A stretch of 12,202 nt of DNA. Origin: Azolla caroliniana (Eukaryota > Plantae > Polypodiophyta). The notes beneath the pieces were generated by a model. The model searched no databases. It was not told the origin of the DNA and saw only the letters and a program-made list of their open reading frames with translations. Made by a program: the position numbers and the translations under genes. Shown piece by piece: positions 1 to 9,235 of the stretch. Each line of letters opens with the position of its first letter. Within the stretch, counting starts at the first letter, position 1. The DNA lies in NCBI GenBank assembly GCA_043228905.1, contig JBHGNT010001088.1, forward strand, positions 1 to 12,202, given 5' to 3'.

Positions 1-72
1 AGTTTTTTATGTTCCACCTAGATGCAAAATATAAAAAAATGGTTTGGAAGATAGGATATAGCACATGTGCTT

Positions 73-180
73 TTTTGTGAGTTACATTCACGAAACATGG
101 CAAAGACAAGGGAGGGGTATTTTTGTGAGTTTCATTAAACATGACAAAGACAAGGGAGTGGTATGTTTGTGAAATTCAAA
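73..180. repeat. Degenerate short tandem repeat, ~44-48 bp unit, 2 copies plus a partial third
   Basis: ttttgtgagttacattcacgaaacatggcaaagacaagggaggggtat (73-120) vs ttttgtgagtttcattaaacatgacaaagacaagggagtggtat (121-164), then a partial gtttgtgaaattcaaac. Confidence 0.75.
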
Positions 181-410
181 CTTTCACAGTGTTTTATCCA
201 TATATTTTATCTCACATGTCCAATTTAATCATGTAAGTATCCAACATGACCATCGTGATTTCTAGATTTAGAACACACAAAAGCAATCACACTACCATGA
301 TGTTGTAATGAATTTCCCTTTAACAATGGAAAATGCAAAAACACAAAAAAAAAGATATGGAAAATTGGTTGTCTTAAAGAAACAATGTTCATGCAATGAC
401 AATGTTTGGT

Positions 411-434
411 GAGAGAGAGAGAGAGAGAGAGAGA
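411..434. repeat. (GA)12 microsatellite, i.e. the (TC)n 3' tail of the minus-strand LINE copy
   Basis: Perfect GA repeat directly abutting the LINE 3' terminal motif (minus strand ...gacgatactaaaa-tctctc...). Confidence 0.9.
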
Positions 435-993
435 TTTTAGTATCGTCTTCCGAGGTTATATATGGCCCATGAGATAAAAAATATAACATATTCATATAAT
501 ACATGTGAAAGTGAGTGGTGACTCTTGATGTTTAAAATTTTACTAATGAAGGTTACAATTGATAGTGTGTGATTGTGAGAGAAATTTGTGCAGGGATTGC
601 ATTTGGTTGAAGATGTATGGAAAACATAATCGAATGTGATCAAAGATAGAGCATTGTATCGAAGTGCGATACTCAGACTCTCAAACTTGTTTAACATGAA
701 ATGCACATAGTCAACTACTCTCACCACTTACGCCCCCACACCTCATCTCAAATTGTAGTGAGTGTGAGCTAAGTCATATGGAAACAATGCTTTGGATGGC
801 ACGAAACAATATGAACTCTAACATGTGTTGCAATGTGTGGTTTACTCATTGAATGAAGAATATGGCTTTGTAGTTAGGTGCAACATATGCAATATAATGT
901 GTGAAGTTTGAGCCTCCAAATTTCCCCATGTCGTGATACATTGGTGTTGCGAAAAGGCATCATTCATAGAGGAATTAATTGATTCTTGTTTAA
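411..993 (-). mobile_element. 5'-truncated RTE/RTEX-like LINE, 3' end only (copy A): ORF2 C-terminal Cys/His region, 3' UTR and TC tail
   Basis: Reverse complement aligns with ~5630-6200. ORF 437..727 (RVVDYVHFMLNKFESLSIALRYNAL...PCTNFSHNH) matches ORF 5826..6074 (RVVDYAHFVQNKLESLSITLRYNAL...PCTNFSHNH). ORF 842..1057 (INSSMNDAFSQHQCITTW) matches 5567..5836 (LNTFVNEVFLQCQCIMAW). The UTR sequence actcactttcacatgtat is shared. Confidence 0.9.
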
Positions 994-1609
994 GAGAGGG
1001 GCGCAAGAGACAAAAAATAGGGGAACTCAAAGAGGGAGAGGAGTAATAAAGGACCATATTCTAAATATTGGTCATAGAAATTAGAGATAGTGTCAACAAT
1101 GATTGAAAGGGAATCAAAGGTTGTTGATGATGTATCGAAAAAATTGGTGGAAACTCACATTATTTGCCCATCGAAAGAATGAAGTACATGCTTGTAATGA
1201 GAGGGAACTCATGCATAAATATTTGAAAGAGGGGTTACTTGCTATGAAGAAAATTGCATTGCAAATTCAAGAGTATAAACCAAAATGACAATCTTAAAAG
1301 CCAAGAAAGAATCGTTAATCAAAGCAAATGTTGAAATGAAGTCTAAACTTGAGGCAAAATAAGATGCAATCATTATGAAATGGAGAGACGTTCTCAATAA
1401 GAAGATGCCAAAGGAAAATGTTTAATGAAGTTAACTTGAATCCACTTCAAAGGATGCATTGATGCCAAATAACTATATGAAAGAGAGAAAAGGAAGTAAA
1501 CGATTGTCATTATAGGGATGCAAGAAGAGGAACCTGAGAAATCACTCTCCCTCACTAGAAATATCATGAATTGTTTTGACAATCTTTGTGCTTTACATGA
1601 ATTTTTGGT

Positions 1610-1910
1610 TAAGAATCAACAACGGTTCAATTTCGACTTAACTGGTTTGAGAGTTTTCAAACTTGAGACAAATCGGTTCCTAAACCAGTTGCCAAACTTG
1701 TTTAGGAGCCAATTTAGCCAAACTTATTAGCCTTAATCGGTTTGAGAAACGGTTAGCCCAAAATGGTTCAGTGGGCTTGAGCCATCCCAAACCGAGGGCA
1801 AACCGATTAAGGAAGCTTAAGCTTGAACTAAACCGAACTGATATGTCAAACCGTTTAAAAACAGATTAATGCCTCAGTTCAGGCTTGAGGCGAGTCATTG
1901 TTTACTCCTA
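1610..1910. mobile_element. hAT-superfamily MITE (301 bp)
   Basis: 8-bp TSD tttttggt (1602-1609) / tttatggt (1911-1918). Degenerate TIRs taagaatcaacaacggttc vs reverse complement taggagtaaacaatgactc (13/19, mostly transitions). Many AAACCG/CGGTT subterminal motifs. Excision restores the ORF1 frame. Confidence 0.85.
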
Positions 1911-1987
1911 TTTATGGTATATGGAACACATTGAGTTGGTCGAAAGAGGTTAGAAGGAGAATCATGTTGAGGGATTATTTGTACAAC

Positions 1988-2275
1988 CTTAGATGATAAG
2001 AAAAAGAGTTAAGAGTTTTAGATAGTAGCAAGGTGTACCTAAAAGGTATAAATTTTGTTGTAGTAGAAGATCAAACCCTGAAGGAGAAAGACCAAAGAAG
2101 GCAAGCCTATGTAGCTAGAAAAGCAGCTCAACTTAGATGATAAGAAAAAGAGTTAAGAGTTATAGATAGTAGCAATGTGTACCTAAAATGTATAAATTTT
2201 GTTGTAGTAAAAGATCGAACCCCGAAGGAGAAAGACCAAAGAAGGCAAGCCTATGTAGCTAGAAAAGCAGCTCAA
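1988..2275. repeat. 144-bp tandem duplication (2 copies) within the ORF1 3' part
   Basis: 1988-2131 and 2132-2275 both run cttagatgataag...aagcagctcaa. I count 6 substitutions (~96% identity). Confidence 0.95.
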
Positions 2276-2313
2276 AATGCGTAGCAAGCGATGACCTATA
2301 AGACTACATAAGT

Positions 2314-2412
2314 TTGAAAATCATATTTTGGAATTGTTGACAATATCCATGGAATAAAGATTTGGGATTAAGTCATGTCGCTAACAGTATTGGTATTATA
2401 TTTTTTGTTGAA
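2314..2412 (+). pseudogene. N-terminus of LINE ORF2 APE-type endonuclease
   Basis: LKIIFWNC*QYPWNKDLGLSHVANSIGIIFFVE contains the W-N-x-x-G-like first motif and the (D)II-x-x-x-E second motif of APE endonucleases, immediately after ORF1. Confidence 0.7.
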
Positions 2413-2466
2413 ATGATATTGTAGTCGGGCCAGATAATTGTTAAACACTCTCAAGCCCTAACCTCA

Positions 2467-2998
2467 TGTTATGAGCATAACTGTAACCATATTTATGGGC
2501 TAATTTGTAAGGATGAAGGGTGAGGATTGAGTTATCTCAATCCTACAATGGGGGATAACTTTAGAGTGTTTCATCACTTGGCTACTTTTTATACAAAACA
2601 ACCAAGTGTGAAACATACAAGGGCCTAAGGTTTGAGCCTATATAAGAAGGCTAACTACCTTCATAAAGGGGGATCTCTTTTCTTTATTGTTTGAGACAGA
2701 GACTCTGATAGTGTGGCAAAACTCTAGCTTCATACATGTGTGCCTCCTTTAGCTATGATCCATGTTTGTACACAATGGTATGTGACATTGGCAGGGGACT
2801 GAGACCTGTCTCCCACCTTTGTTAAGGGGTGGTTGGATGGACTGACCATTCATCCTTATTTCCTTCTTAAATTTTGCATATCATTAATTAAGATTCTAAT
2901 AGATGAAGTATCTCCACTGTAAGATTGAGATAACTTAATCTTCGCCCTTCATCCTTATGAATTAGCCCACAACAACGGTTACAATTATGCTCATAACA
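2467..2998. mobile_element. 532-bp non-coding TG..CA element with ~90-bp terminal inverted repeats and 5-bp TSD (solo-LTR-like or Ginger-like MITE)
   Basis: 2467-~2560 is the reverse complement of ~2905-2998 (69/80 identical over the outer 80 bp). Termini are tgtta...taaca. Flanks are cctca (2462-2466) and tctca (2999-3003). TATA-like ctatataag at ~2638. Confidence 0.85.
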
Positions 2999-3464
2999 TC
3001 TCAGTTACCCTAATCATACGAACTCTTGCTCACCCTTCACTAAGACAATTCTAATTAAGAAATCAACTAATGGCTTACAAAGGCTTAAGTGCTAAGCATA
3101 TACACATTTAAAGAACATCACACATAGGAATTGGTTATGTTTTTGTTTAAGCCAAAGCAAACCACAAACAAATGTGGCACAACAATTTAACTAATTCGGT
3201 TTATTTCTACTCTATTTAGATATAGAAATTTGTAAAATGGCTTGGTTTGGCTTGGGGCCTAGGTGTTCAGTAAGTTTGGTTTGACCATTTATTGGATTGA
3301 TGGTTTACAATTATACCATGCCATCTTCAAATCATAGTTTAAATAGTTGAATGGTTTAGGGTTATGACATTTTTGAAATATTTACTAAATTTATGAATTA
3401 ACTTTATTAAACTAAGAGTTATAGCATATCAAACATAATAAGTTATAACATTTGAGGTCCAATA

Positions 3465-4386
3465 TTTTCATTTTTTCTAAGTTTATATACACACGACTTT
3501 TGGTTGGAAAACTCTTTGTTAAATAATTGTGCCAAAGTTAACATATAATATGTTTAGCACTAATACATACCTCTTGGTTTGAACAATGTCAATTTAAATG
3601 TTTTGTGATTTGGTTTAGGGTTATGATGATATGTGACCTGGCAACGTTCTCTCTCTTCATGGTTGAGGTTTTGTGACTTCTCCAACACTGTTAATTGCCA
3701 CAAAAGAAGTCCTTTTAACTTTACAACATATTTCCTCACTAACTTGCAAATAAAAAGTGAAGGCATTCCGTATATTCCAATTGAACCATAGCCCCCAAAA
3801 CCTCATGAACTCAAAAATAATTTGGAAATGAGACGTCAACTCATTATTCTCCATATGTGAAAAACCCCAACTAATGAAGATAGTCTTACACTATTTAAAA
3901 ACATCCACACTAAATTGATACATCTTCAAACCATTCTAGCCATCGAGCATGAAAGAAATCGATGCCTACTATGTTCCAACTCCATGGAACAAAAGAAACA
4001 CATTCCTCTAACAATGTTTCCCTTGTTTAATGCACCCCCCAATGCTAAAGCTCCAACCATAACCCGCCAAATGATTATTGCAGATCGTAGCATCAATCGA
4101 GAACACTAACATGCCTTGATTACATGAAACCACCAACTAATGGGCTTACAAGAACCCTTTCTTCCATCCGCTTAGGTTTGTCAATCAACTTGTGATAGAC
4201 ATCATTTGTTGAGATCATAGTCAATCTCCTATTTCCAACAAATGTCCAATCAAGCTCTTGAGATCCCCCATCTAAATTAGGAATTGGGTCATACAATGAT
4301 AATAATCATTGCAACTTATCTCAAGTAAAGGTGTATAACCTCTTGGAATATGAAATGTTGATCATGTTGTTCAAAAGGCCATTAAT
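3465..4386 (-). mobile_element. Decayed L1-clade LINE 3' fragment (ORF2 C-terminal zinc knuckle, zf-RVT-like)
   Basis: Minus-strand translation gives IIIWRVMVGALALGGALNKGNIVRGMCFFCSMELEHSRHRFLSCSMARMV*R (C-x2-C-x8-H-x4-C at 3947-4000), followed by FWGLWFNWNIRNAFTF (ORF 3657..3854), like the plant L1 W-x-x-W-x-x-R-N motif. Possible poly(A) remnant at ~3465-3477. Ends are approximate. Confidence 0.8.
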
Positions 4387-4388
4387 CT

Positions 4389-4402
4389 TCTCTCTCTCTC
4401 TC
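4389..4402. repeat. (TC)7 microsatellite at the 5' junction of LINE copy B
   Basis: tctctctctctctc is followed immediately by RT-coding sequence atggcaaaactattt (MAKLF). Confidence 0.85.
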
Positions 4403-6202
4403 ATGGCAAAACTATTTGGATGTATAATGGAATCAAAGATAAGTGCATGAGATGAAAAAAAGAGATAAGAGAGCTTATGGACCAACTGGCTTTCGAAAAC
4501 ACCATAGCACCATTGATCACCTTGTCGCCCTTCGAGTATTAATGGAGGAAAGTCGTCTTAGAGGTAAAGGTTTATATTATTGCTTCGTAGACTTCAAGAA
4601 AGCTTTTGATATGGTACCTCGTGAGCATCTTTGGAGGTGAATGGAAGAACTCGAGGTGTCAATAATATATGCTTGCAATTTCCTGAATATATGAGAATGT
4701 TATATGTTGTGTGCATATGAGAGATAAACTTTTAGATTTGTTGGTGTTAAGCATGGATGCCCACTATCACCAACTCTATTTGGCCTATGCATTGATGAAT
4801 TGGAAGAAATGGTTGCCACATTTGTAAAGGAAGAATGTGTTGAAGAATTTGCCATTGGGAATGTTGTCATTATGCTTTTGCTATATGCAAATGATGTAGT
4901 GTTTTTTGCAAATACTTTAGGAGATGCACAAAAACTTTTGAAGGCATTGGAATTTTTTGCATGCATACTAAATTAAGTGACAATCGGTCTAAAACAAAGA
5001 TTATGCTTGTGAAGAGGCCCCAAAAAGATAAACCATGCATTATATACAATAATGAGCCACTTGAATGTGAGAAAAGCTTCAAATAACTTGGCCTTGAAGT
5101 TCCTTCAAATTATAGATGGAATGAATGCGCTACATGCCGCTTAGAAGCGGGGAAGCGAGCATATTATGCATTTGAGAACACATGCAATCATGGAGATATT
5201 GTATTGAGTCCTCAAGATATACCTTTTTGACACTTTCGTGACACTAGGGCTTCTCTATGGGGTGGTAGCATCCCTAAATCTACTTGGAAAGAGTTTAAAA
5301 ATGTTCAAATATATTCTTACAAAGTTCTACAAGTTAACAAACAAACATCATACAATATATTCTTACAAAGTTCTACAAGTAAAGAAACAAACATCATACA
5401 CCCTCCTCCCCCTCCTCCTTGAGACAAGATCACTTCCCATTGCGATCATAGCCATGGAAAGGTTTATTGAATACATGGTTAAGATTCAAAAAAATCCCTC
5501 ACATCAACTACCTATAATTGCATGGGAAGCAAGCAAAAAGATCCAAAAGATGCTTAAAAGAAAAATTTGTGTTCCAGTTGGATGCAAGATATGAAAAAAT
5601 GGCTTGGTAGATGGGATGCAATGCACTTGCTTCATGATGCATCACTAAATACCTTTGTAAATGAGGTCTTTTTGCAATGCCAATGTATCATGGCATGGGA
5701 CAAATGTGGACTCGGCTCATTGTCTACACATTATACTACACATGTTGCACCTAACTACAAAACCATATTCTTCAGGGAACAAGGAAACCATACACATCAA
5801 TACATGTTAGAGCCCATCTTGTTATTTGTCATTTGAACCATTGCTTCCATGCGACTTAGCTCACATGCATTGCGATGTGAGAGGGGGCATTGGGGCACAA
5901 GAGATGAGAGTGGTCGACTATGCACACTTTGTCCAAAACAAGTTGGAGAGTTTGAGTATCACACTTCGATACAATGCTCTGCCTTTGATCATATTCGGTC
6001 ATGCTTTCCACACATCTTTAACCAAGCTCAATCCTTGCACGAATTTCTCTCACAACCACAATCTGCACTCTTGATTGCAACATTCATCGGTAAAGTTCTT
6101 GAACATTGAGAGTCGCTACTCACTTTCACATGTATCACGTGAAATGTAATATTTCTGGTCTCATAGTTCATATTTGACCTCCAAAGGCGATAATAGAAAC
6201 TC
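4403..6202 (+). mobile_element. 5'-truncated RTE/RTEX-like LINE (copy B): pseudogenised RT, thumb, C-terminal Cys/His domain and 3' UTR
   Basis: Motifs in order: MAKLF, TGFRKHHSTIDH, CFVDFKKAFDMV, GVKHGCPLSPTLF (~4743), LLYANDVVF (YADD decayed, ~4880), FK*LG, LLYGV, RLSSHALRCERGHW...LCTLC...EYH...QC. Multiple stops and frameshifts. Confidence 0.92.
5308..5400. repeat. 46-bp tandem duplication inside LINE copy B
   Basis: aatatattcttacaaagttctacaagt(t/a)aa(c/g)aaacaaacatcatac starts at both 5308 and 5354. Confidence 0.9.
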
Positions 6203-8061
6203 CATATTTTCCTTTCAATCACCTTTAGTCGATCTCAAACCATTGACCCTTTCATTAGCAATGGGTAGCTTTTGTTGTCTTCTTAATAGTCATTCTTTTT
6301 CCTTTTTAATTTTAGTGAGCACTTTGATTACAAATCCCACGCTTGTCTAAAACCTACCTTTACTATGTTTTGCTCACTTTCCATATGTCATATCACTATA
6401 ACAATGAGGCATTACATAATTTCCTTAACATAAGTAATAATATGCCCTTCATCAAAGCTTGTGATGAAACCATGAACATTGAGGGCAACTTTTATGATTT
6501 TCAAACCCCTCGCACAACACCCACTAATTCAAGAGGCAACACTACATAGTCTTCAAGACAATCTTATTGAAAGATAGAAACGTTGATGACCAAACCTATC
6601 CATGAGAACATTTGTTGCCCGATCTGGCAGAGCCACCAACCCAAGCAAGATCATGCCTGAAAACACACACACAATATTGTAAGTGTTGTAATATTTTCAT
6701 CTTCCATCACCCAAACAACTATTGTAAAGCCCTATGGGTCACTTTGACCCACTTCCATTTCGAGACCGCCCATATAAAACCCTATAGGGTTGCTCATGAA
6801 GACCTCTATGTTTGGCTATCCTACCACCACAACCTCTCAACATCAACAAAAGGAAGTTATTTGACTATGCATTGGTGAATGAATGTGATGCACCCATAGT
6901 GAATACAATAAGTATTGGCCCATTGTCATTAGACTCGAACCACAAGCTCTTGTACTTGTATATTTCACCCAAAAATTCACACATTGACCAATGCATTAGT
7001 GTACAAAAGGAAAAGAGGTACATTATGTGAACTTCATATCAAAAGGCGAGTCTATATGCAAATGAGGTAACTGAGAGTTATGTCATGAACCTCTTCCTTA
7101 GTAAAGGTGTGAAAACAAAGTGGGAGCAATTGAAGAATGTCATTCTCAAGGTAGGGTGTCAATAATTTAGTGCACAAGTGGGTGGACATTGAATGCTTAG
7201 CTTCCCATGCAATGCTTGGTTTGGCGAAAAATGCAAAGCTAATCTCAAAATGTTAAAGGTTGAAAAAGATAAAAATGACAAAGCTTTATTATTGTATCAA
7301 GATTGAAGAATGATGGGGAGAAAGAAGAGACAATACCATCAAATACAAGAAAAGAAGAAAAAACAAATGTTTAAAATCCAACCAAAGTTAGTATGGAGAC
7401 AACTCAAATGCAAAAGGAAGATATAACTAGTGAATTCACCGACGAGGAGATGGAACAATATATATGTAAGCTTTATATGCATGATGGGATAATGCGTATG
7501 AAATTTAGTATTGCAATACCATAGAATGCATTTGTATTTGTTGAAAATGTTAATAGAGGGGTAAAAAAGATGTCTAATGGCAAAGCGGTGAATATAACTT
7601 TAATGACAAGACTTGTAAACTCATCAACAAATAGAAATTATCATGGATCAAACGATCAAGAAATGTCTTTGAGAAGATTGACTCATGAATCGGATCAAAG
7701 TAATCCATAAAGGAGCAGATAAAAATTGGTAACCAACTATCGAACTATCATGGTTGCCTCAGATATGGCCAAGTTATATAGCACTACCATGGAACAAAAG
7801 ATTAGCACATGGGTTGAACATCATCACAAATGAACACTTGCTCAACCTATCTTTAGGCCAAAACATTCAATTGTCAATTACTTGGTTGTACACTAAGCAT
7901 TACCATGGGAAAAAGTCAATTTGAAGGAAAAACACCATGTTGTTTTTGGCAGTAAGACACCAACCTACTTTAGATACAAAGTAGAACCAATACAAATGGT
8001 GCAAATCTTCAAATATCTTGGTGTTAAGGTTCCATGAATAAATAGGTGGAATGTATGCTAC

Positions 8062-9235
8062 ATGACAACAGTCATGTCATGATTTCAACTCTTGACCTAT
8101 TGTATTTAATGGATATGTTTTAACCAATACATCCAATACATAACTATATTATCTTACTAGATTACTGAGATGATCTATTCTACATGTAAGATTTTAGAAG
8201 CTTCTAGAAACCTCCAAAATCTAGAACATTCTAGACACTTGTGCATGAAAATGAGTCTTTGCATGGGGCTACATTTAGAGCCCATAAACATGTATAAATA
8301 CAGGGGTTCACCTTGGCCTTAGTCAAGGTGAACAAACTGTCACGGACAAGTAGTCGAGGCCACAGTCCCCCTCATTTTGCAGCTCGGGACCCAACAAGAG
8401 GCCTTATCATTTTACCTCATCACTTCACCGCAACATCCAATCATACTTGGGTTGTCTTGGTTGAAAGCGAATAAACCTGTTATAGATTGGCACAACCACT
8501 CACTTACTTTTCAACTGCAAACTCACATGGAGGTTGGAGCGGCTTCCAATATCGTTGTGTTAGAATGGCTCGAATCATTTTCTGTCGAGCACTCCATTCA
8601 ACTCGGACCAATGCACTCGGATGATCATGCCCCAGTCACAAGGCACTCCATCTAAATGGGCAATGACTCAAAGTTGAGTACCCCAGCTTTGGTTCCTATG
8701 AAAGCCAATCTGGACTCGCTTCCATCCAAATATGGTGACTTTGCTGATGTGTTCAAGAAGAAGAATGCAGATCACTTACCAGAGCATCGACCATATGATT
8801 GTCCGATAGATCTACAGGAGGGCATATCTCCACCCTTTGGGCCCATCTATGGTCTCTCTGAACCAGAACTAGAGGCTCTTCGCACTTATCTCAATGCAAA
8901 TTTGGAGAAGGGCTTCATCCAACCGTCTAAGTCACTAGTTGGGGCCCCTATCTTGTTTGTGAAGAAAAAGGATTATCGTGGCCTCAATAAAATCACGATA
9001 CGTAATCGATAGCCTTTACCTCTCATCCTAGAGCTCCTCAATCGCCTTCGTTGTGCATAGGTCTTCTCCAAGATTGACTTGCGGGGAGCATACAACTTGG
9101 TTCGGATTAAACCTAGTTACGAAATCATAATTCAGTTCTTGTTCTCTTGACTACTTTCTCTCTCACTCTCTTTCTTATTATCTTGTCTATGATCTCACTC
9201 TCTTAGTATTGAGCCTTGTCTACTTGTCTGTGACA
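8062..9235 (+). mobile_element. Rearranged/deleted Ty3-gypsy LTR retrotransposon inserted in LINE copy C
   Basis: 5-bp TSD gctac at 8057-8061 and 9236-9240, and the LINE frame rejoins across it. LTR-like start tgtcatg at 8075, TATA-like tataaata at ~8293, end ...gtgaca at 9235, with an internal pol fragment. Confidence 0.88.
8344..9123 (+). pseudogene. Gypsy (chromovirus, Tcn1/Tf2-like) pol fragment: protease C-terminal half and RT N-terminal half
   Basis: PIILGLSWLKANKPVIDW; LPEHRPYDCPIDL...PPFGPIYGLSEPELEALRTYL...[41 protein letters not shown]...FSKIDLRGAYNLVRIK. It has in-frame stops and ends before YLDD. Confidence 0.92.

Larger units (their letters stand above)
1000..2290 (+). pseudogene. 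Decayed LINE ORF1 (coiled-coil region plus RRM/CTD-type RNA-binding region), split by a hAT MITE and a tandem duplication
   Basis: EREKRK*TIVIIGMQEEEPE at 1479-1538. Removing 1610-1918 lets the frame continue as FLVYGTH*VGRKRLEGESC*GIICTTLDDKKK, then after a frameshift LRVLDSSKVYLKGINFVVVEDQTLKEKDQRR. These fit the N-I-x-I-x-G-x-x-E, H-R-V-G, R-x-I-I and LKG-x(5-6)-ED-x-T motifs of LINE ORF1p. TGA stops at Arg positions fit CpG decay. The 5' boundary is uncertain. Confidence 0.75.

Noticed and set aside
2420-2466. Start of another LTR (tgtagtcggg...) after the endonuclease N-terminus
   Set aside because: I could not find a matching ...CA end with a gatat TSD.
3125-3310. Second hAT-like element (aaacc/ggttt-rich motifs)
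   Set aside because: No convincing TIR pair or TSD found.
4355-4402. 3' end of a fourth RTE-like copy with a TC tail
   Set aside because: There is only loose similarity to the terminal motif and no GGTCA/TGACC hairpin. The sequence reads better as the continuation of the minus-strand L1.
435-6200. Long inverted repeat (435-993 vs ~5630-6200) as TIRs of one large DNA transposon or an inversion
   Set aside because: Both arms are diverged LINE 3' ends with their own terminal motif, best explained as independent insertions in opposite orientation.
8338-9235. Independent TIR transposon carrying a captured pol fragment
   Set aside because: Flanks caaac and gctac do not form a TSD. The true TSD (gctac) brackets the larger 8062-9235 unit.
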